Source of the DNA: an uncultured Gemmatimonadales bacterium
GTDB lineage: Bacteria; Gemmatimonadota; Gemmatimonadetes; Gemmatimonadales; GWC2-71-9
Length of the DNA: 64,000 nucleotides
Direction: 5' to 3'
NCBI GenBank assembly: GCA_963715665.1
Contig: OY970263.1
Coordinates: 2,090,757 to 2,154,756 of the forward strand
The translations under genes were made by a program, and so were the position numbers. The notes under the pieces are model-generated. The model did no database searches. It saw only the letters and a program-made list of their open reading frames with translations, and had not been told where the DNA came from. Of this stretch, positions 60,283 to 64,000 are shown one piece after another (positions within the stretch are counted from its first letter, which is position 1; every line of letters begins with the position of its first letter).

Positions 60283-62493
60283 ATGACCGTGACACGCCTC
60301 CTTCTCGTTGCCGTCGTGGCGTGCGGTGCCGCGCCGCTCGCCGCCCAATCGACCGACCTTGCCCGCTGGAAGCAGGAAGCGGCCGACGTCACCATCATCC
60401 GTGACGACTGGGGGATTGCCCACATCTACGGGAAGACCGATGCCGACGCGGTCTTCGGCATGGAATACGCCCAGGCCGAGGACGACTTCAACCGCGTCGA
60501 GACCAACTACATCACGGCGCTGGGCCGCACCGCGGAGGCCGAAGGCGAGCGCGCCGTCTACCAGGACCTCCGCGAGCGCCTCTACATCGATCCCGATTCG
60601 CTCCGGGCCGAGTACCGCCGCAGCCCGGCGTGGCTCAGGAAGCTGATGGACGCCTTTGCCGACGGGCTCAACTACTACCTCTCCACCCATCCGGCGGTGC
60701 AACCGAAGGTCATCACGCATTTCGAGCCGTGGATGGCGCTGTCGTTCACGGAAGGGAGCATCGGCGGCGACATCGAGCGGATCAACGTGGCGCAACTGGC
60801 GGCGTTCTACGGCGGCGTGCCGCTGCCGGCGGGCCGGGGCCGGGGCCGCGGTGGGGACGGCCCGGACGACGGTGCCCTGGTGCCGCCACCCGAGCCGTCG
60901 GGCTCCAACGGGTTTGCCATCGCACCGTCGAACAGCGCCGACCATCACGCACTGCTGTGGATCAATCCGCACACCTCGTTCTACTTTCGCTCCGAGCTGC
61001 AGATGGTGAGCGACGAGGGGCTCGATGCCTACGGCGCCGTCACCTGGGGACAGTTCTTCATCTACCAGGGGTTCAACGCCACCGCGGGATGGATGCACAC
61101 CTCCAGCGGCGTCGACAACATCGACCAGTTCCTCGAGACCGTCAGCCAGCGGAACGGCAAGTACTTCTTCACGTTCGGCAACCAGGAACTGCCGGTGGTG
61201 AGCACGCCCGTCACGATCGCCTTCCGGACCGATACCGGCATGGCGCACCGGACGTTCATGGTCTACGACATCCAGGGCCGGCCGGTCGTGGCGAAGATCG
61301 GCGATCAGTGGGTCAGCGAGGCGTTGATGAAGAATCACATCGATGCGCTGATCCAGTCGTATACCCGCACCAAGGCGAAGGATTACGCCGCGTTCCGCAA
61401 GATCATGGAGCTGCACACCAACTCGTCGAACAACACGATCTTCGCAGACGCCGAAGGAAACATCGCGTACTTCCATTCCAACTACATCCCGAAGCGCGAC
61501 ACGGCGTTCGACTGGACCAGGCCGGTCGACGGCAGCAACCCGGCCACCGCGTACCATGGCGTGCTGTCGATCGACGAGACACCGCACCTGCTCAATCCAT
61601 CGACCGGCTTCCTCTACAACTCCAACAACTGGCCGTGGTCGGCGGCGGGGACGGCAAGCCCCCGGCGGCAGGACTTCCCGGTGTACGTCGAGACCGGCAC
61701 CGAGGAATCGCCGCGCGGCTATCACGCGCTGCGGGTGCTTCCGGGGCGGAAGGATTTCACCATGACCTCGCTGGCCGCGGCGGCGTTCGACAGCTACCTG
61801 CCGGCGTTTGCGCAGATGATCCCGGTGCTGCTGAAGGCGTACGACGCGACACCGGCATCCGATCCGCTCCGGGCAGCGGTGGCGGACCAGGTCGCGGTGC
61901 TGCGCGGCTGGGACTATCGCTGGGGAGCGCAGTCGGTGGCGACGTCGCTGGCGGTGTTCTGGGGGAGCGACGTGCTGCGCCGGGTGGGGCGCGACGCCCG
62001 GACCGCCGGGACGTCGGCGATCAGCTACATCGCCGACGGCAAGGCGGCGCCGCAGCCGCTGTTGCAGTCGCTCAAGGCGGCGTCGGCCAAGCTGGCGCAG
62101 GATTTCGGCAGCTGGCGGACGCCATGGGGCGACATCAACCGCTTCCAGCGGCTCGACGACAGCATCGCGTCGCACTTCGATGACAGCAAGCCGAGCATTC
62201 CGGTGCCGTTCACCTCGTCGGAGTGGGGATCGCTGGCGTCGTTCGGGGCGCGGGCGTACCCCAACACGAAGAAGTGGTACGGTACGAGCGGCAACAGCTT
62301 CGTGGCGGTGGTGGACTTCGGCGACAGCGTGCGGGCGCGGGCGGTGACGGCCGGCGGCGAGAGCGGCGATCCGGCATCGCCCCATTTCGACGACGAGGCG
62401 GAACGGTATGCCAGCGGAAACCTGCGCCCGGTGTACTATTATCGGAGCCAGTTGAAGGGCCACACCGCGCGGACGTATCATCCGGGGCAATGA
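60283..62493 (+). CDS. Penicillin acylase family (Ntn hydrolase) protein
   Basis: IIRDDWGIAHI, YAQAED, G|SNGFAI nucleophile, INPH. Confidence 0.93.
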   Translation: MTVTRLLLVAVVACGAAPLAAQSTDLARWKQEAADVTIIRDDWGIAHIYGKTDADAVFGMEYAQAEDDFNRVETNYITALGRTAEAEGERAVYQDLRERLYIDPDSLRAEYRRSPAWLRKLMDAFADGLNYYLSTHPAVQPKVITHFEPWMALSFTEGSIGGDIERINVAQLAAFYGGVPLPAGRGRGRGGDGPDDGALVPPPEPSGSNGFAIAPSNSADHHALLWINPHTSFYFRSELQMVSDEGLDAYGAVTWGQFFIYQGFNATAGWMHTSSGVDNIDQFLETVSQRNGKYFFTFGNQELPVVSTPVTIAFRTDTGMAHRTFMVYDIQGRPVVAKIGDQWVSEALMKNHIDALIQSYTRTKAKDYAAFRKIMELHTNSSNNTIFADAEGNIAYFHSNYIPKRDTAFDWTRPVDGSNPATAYHGVLSIDETPHLLNPSTGFLYNSNNWPWSAAGTASPRRQDFPVYVETGTEESPRGYHALRVLPGRKDFTMTSLAAAAFDSYLPAFAQMIPVLLKAYDATPASDPLRAAVADQVAVLRGWDYRWGAQSVATSLAVFWGSDVLRRVGRDARTAGTSAISYIADGKAAPQPLLQSLKAASAKLAQDFGSWRTPWGDINRFQRLDDSIASHFDDSKPSIPVPFTSSEWGSLASFGARAYPNTKKWYGTSGNSFVAVVDFGDSVRARAVTAGGESGDPASPHFDDEAERYASGNLRPVYYYRSQLKGHTARTYHPGQ

Positions 62494-62530
62494 CCCGCGG
62501 CGGCGGCCCGGCGGCGGAAACGGGGGGAGC

Positions 62531-63385
62531 GTGAGGAGACCTGCGATCCGGCGCGCAGCGGAGGTGACCCTCGCCATGCTGGCGGCGGGGTGCGCGTCGG
62601 TGGCGGCGGGCACCGCCCCGAAGCCGGTGCCGGGCGAGGCGGTGCAGGTCTGGCAAGCCGACGACGTCGATGGCCGCGCCGAGTCGATCTTTGCCCGCAA
62701 CGACAGCCGCGACACCCTCGGCGTCTCGTTCGAATTGAGTGGCTGCGTCAATATCCACCAGACGTGCAACAGCTATTCGCCCGACGTCGCGGTGGCCCCC
62801 GGAGCGACAGTCCGGCTCACCCACGTCGAGCCCGAAGACCAGACCCGCCGTTATCAATATCATTGGCACTTCCGGTCCCATGGGCCGCACCGCGAAGTCA
62901 CCGACACCGTCCGGGTGACCACAACCGTGCGGGCGTCGCAGCCACTTCAGGCGCAGATGCTGCACGACGTCTCAGAGTTCGTACCCGACGTCGCCGCCAG
63001 TGACGACAACCCCCGCTGCGTCAACTACCCGGGGGTGCTCCCCAATGGGCGGCGAATGATCGGCCTGGCGTTCGGCACCGGACTGGTGGCGTCCCGGCGG
63101 GTCAACGTGATGATCGACAGTGCCGGCCGGCCGGTGCAGTACAACGACTCCCGCGGCGACCTCACGATTTCACCCGGCGGCGATCCGACCACGCCACCCG
63201 CCGAGCGACGGACCACGATCGTTCTGGCCCTCGATCAGGGGATGGCGCTGCTCCGGAACGAAGGCGGCAGCCGCGTCCCGCAGATCTTCATGGCACCAAT
63301 CGGCAACGCCACAACCTCGGCCACCCTCGGCAATCCCGGGGCGATGATCGACCGGGTGCTGCGGGAATGCGGACCGCGCCACTGA
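62531..63385 (+). CDS. Hypothetical lipoprotein
   Basis: GGAG RBS, GTG; lipobox AAGC; Cys pairs. Confidence 0.7.
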   Translation: MRRPAIRRAAEVTLAMLAAGCASVAAGTAPKPVPGEAVQVWQADDVDGRAESIFARNDSRDTLGVSFELSGCVNIHQTCNSYSPDVAVAPGATVRLTHVEPEDQTRRYQYHWHFRSHGPHREVTDTVRVTTTVRASQPLQAQMLHDVSEFVPDVAASDDNPRCVNYPGVLPNGRRMIGLAFGTGLVASRRVNVMIDSAGRPVQYNDSRGDLTISPGGDPTTPPAERRTTIVLALDQGMALLRNEGGSRVPQIFMAPIGNATTSATLGNPGAMIDRVLRECGPRH

Positions 63386-63912
63386 CGCGCCGTCGTTGCT
63401 GCGCTCTGGCCGCGCTGATGTGCCTGATTCCGCTGGCGGTCTCTGCCCAGGTCCTCGGCCTGCCACCGATCGACAGCGTGCGGCTCACGGTGACGCCGCC
63501 ATGCCGCCCGGCCGACTGCCCATCGCCGGAGACGCTACTGGTCTCCACCCGCGGCGCCGTCTGGTTCCGCAGCGACAGCTTCGTGGCGAGCGGGCCGGCC
63601 GATTCGGCACTGATCGCCGCCTACCTTGCCGGCGCGGCGGCGGTCGTCACGTCGCGGCTGCCGGAGCGCATCGACCGCGACTCGTTGTTGTGCGCCGGCA
63701 ATGGCACCGATGGGACGGTCGTGACGGTGGCGTTCTACGCCGACACCGCGGTGCGCCGCTACGACGATTTCCACCAATGCGCCCCGGCTGCCGGGCGCGG
63801 CGGCTCGCAGGGCGACGCGCTGCGGCGGCTCAGGATTCTCGAAGACGAGCTCGAGTCGTTGCGCCCCGCCGCCGGCGGCGGTCATGATTGGCGGCTCGCG
63901 CCGCGCGACTGA
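63367..63912 (+). CDS. Secreted hypothetical protein (DUF6438-like)
   Basis: Signal peptide; PCRPADCP, later C..TD motif; overlaps the upstream stop. Confidence 0.55.
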   Translation: MRTAPLTRRRCCALAALMCLIPLAVSAQVLGLPPIDSVRLTVTPPCRPADCPSPETLLVSTRGAVWFRSDSFVASGPADSALIAAYLAGAAAVVTSRLPERIDRDSLLCAGNGTDGTVVTVAFYADTAVRRYDDFHQCAPAAGRGGSQGDALRRLRILEDELESLRPAAGGGHDWRLAPRD

Positions 63913-64000
63913 TACCCGCGCCGGACCACCCCCTGCTATCTATTCAGCGTCGACACCGCCCCGGGTGCCGTCGTCTGGAGGAGTTGGCGTGCGTTACACA

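Noticed and set aside
58820..62493. Beta-lactam biosynthesis cluster suggested by epimerase-like and acylase family names
   Set aside because: No ACV synthetase, IPNS or other pathway genes; both families have broad substrate ranges

Overview
High-GC bacterial chromosomal window; the gene content (ADOP permease with PadR, ECF43-type sigma with Ser/Thr kinase, GWxTD protein, many secreted peptidases, GGRGG-rich secreted proteins) suggests Gemmatimonadota or a similar lineage, by inference. Core-like genes: PAS histidine kinase (truncated at the left edge), thiC with a TPP riboswitch, DDAH, FKBP, a three-gene Sdh1-type succinate dehydrogenase operon, and a long run of secreted hydrolases (M28 x2, S9, M1 x2, penicillin acylase, CocE/NonD, YncE-phosphoesterase). 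The two most interesting accessory loci both look lower in GC by eye. (1) 7951-13001: a secreted 6-Cys peptide, a propeller-like lipoprotein and a GWxTD protein, divergent from DsbA plus a stand-alone LuxR HTH, with a palindrome between them. (2) 28125-30902: an Ig-stalk lipoprotein with a C-terminal MepA/LAS-like peptidase domain whose signal peptide is frameshifted at a G10 tract, coupled to a secreted partner (possible phase-variable effector/immunity pair). Also present: a BrnT/BrnA toxin-antitoxin pair, a REP-like GTCATCCCGAGC array, a dispersed family of heptamer (AGAGCCC-type) intergenic hairpin arrays, and a degenerate 21-nt periodic tract. No rRNA, tRNA, CRISPR array or transposase was recognised. 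All product calls come from motifs read by eye, without database searches.
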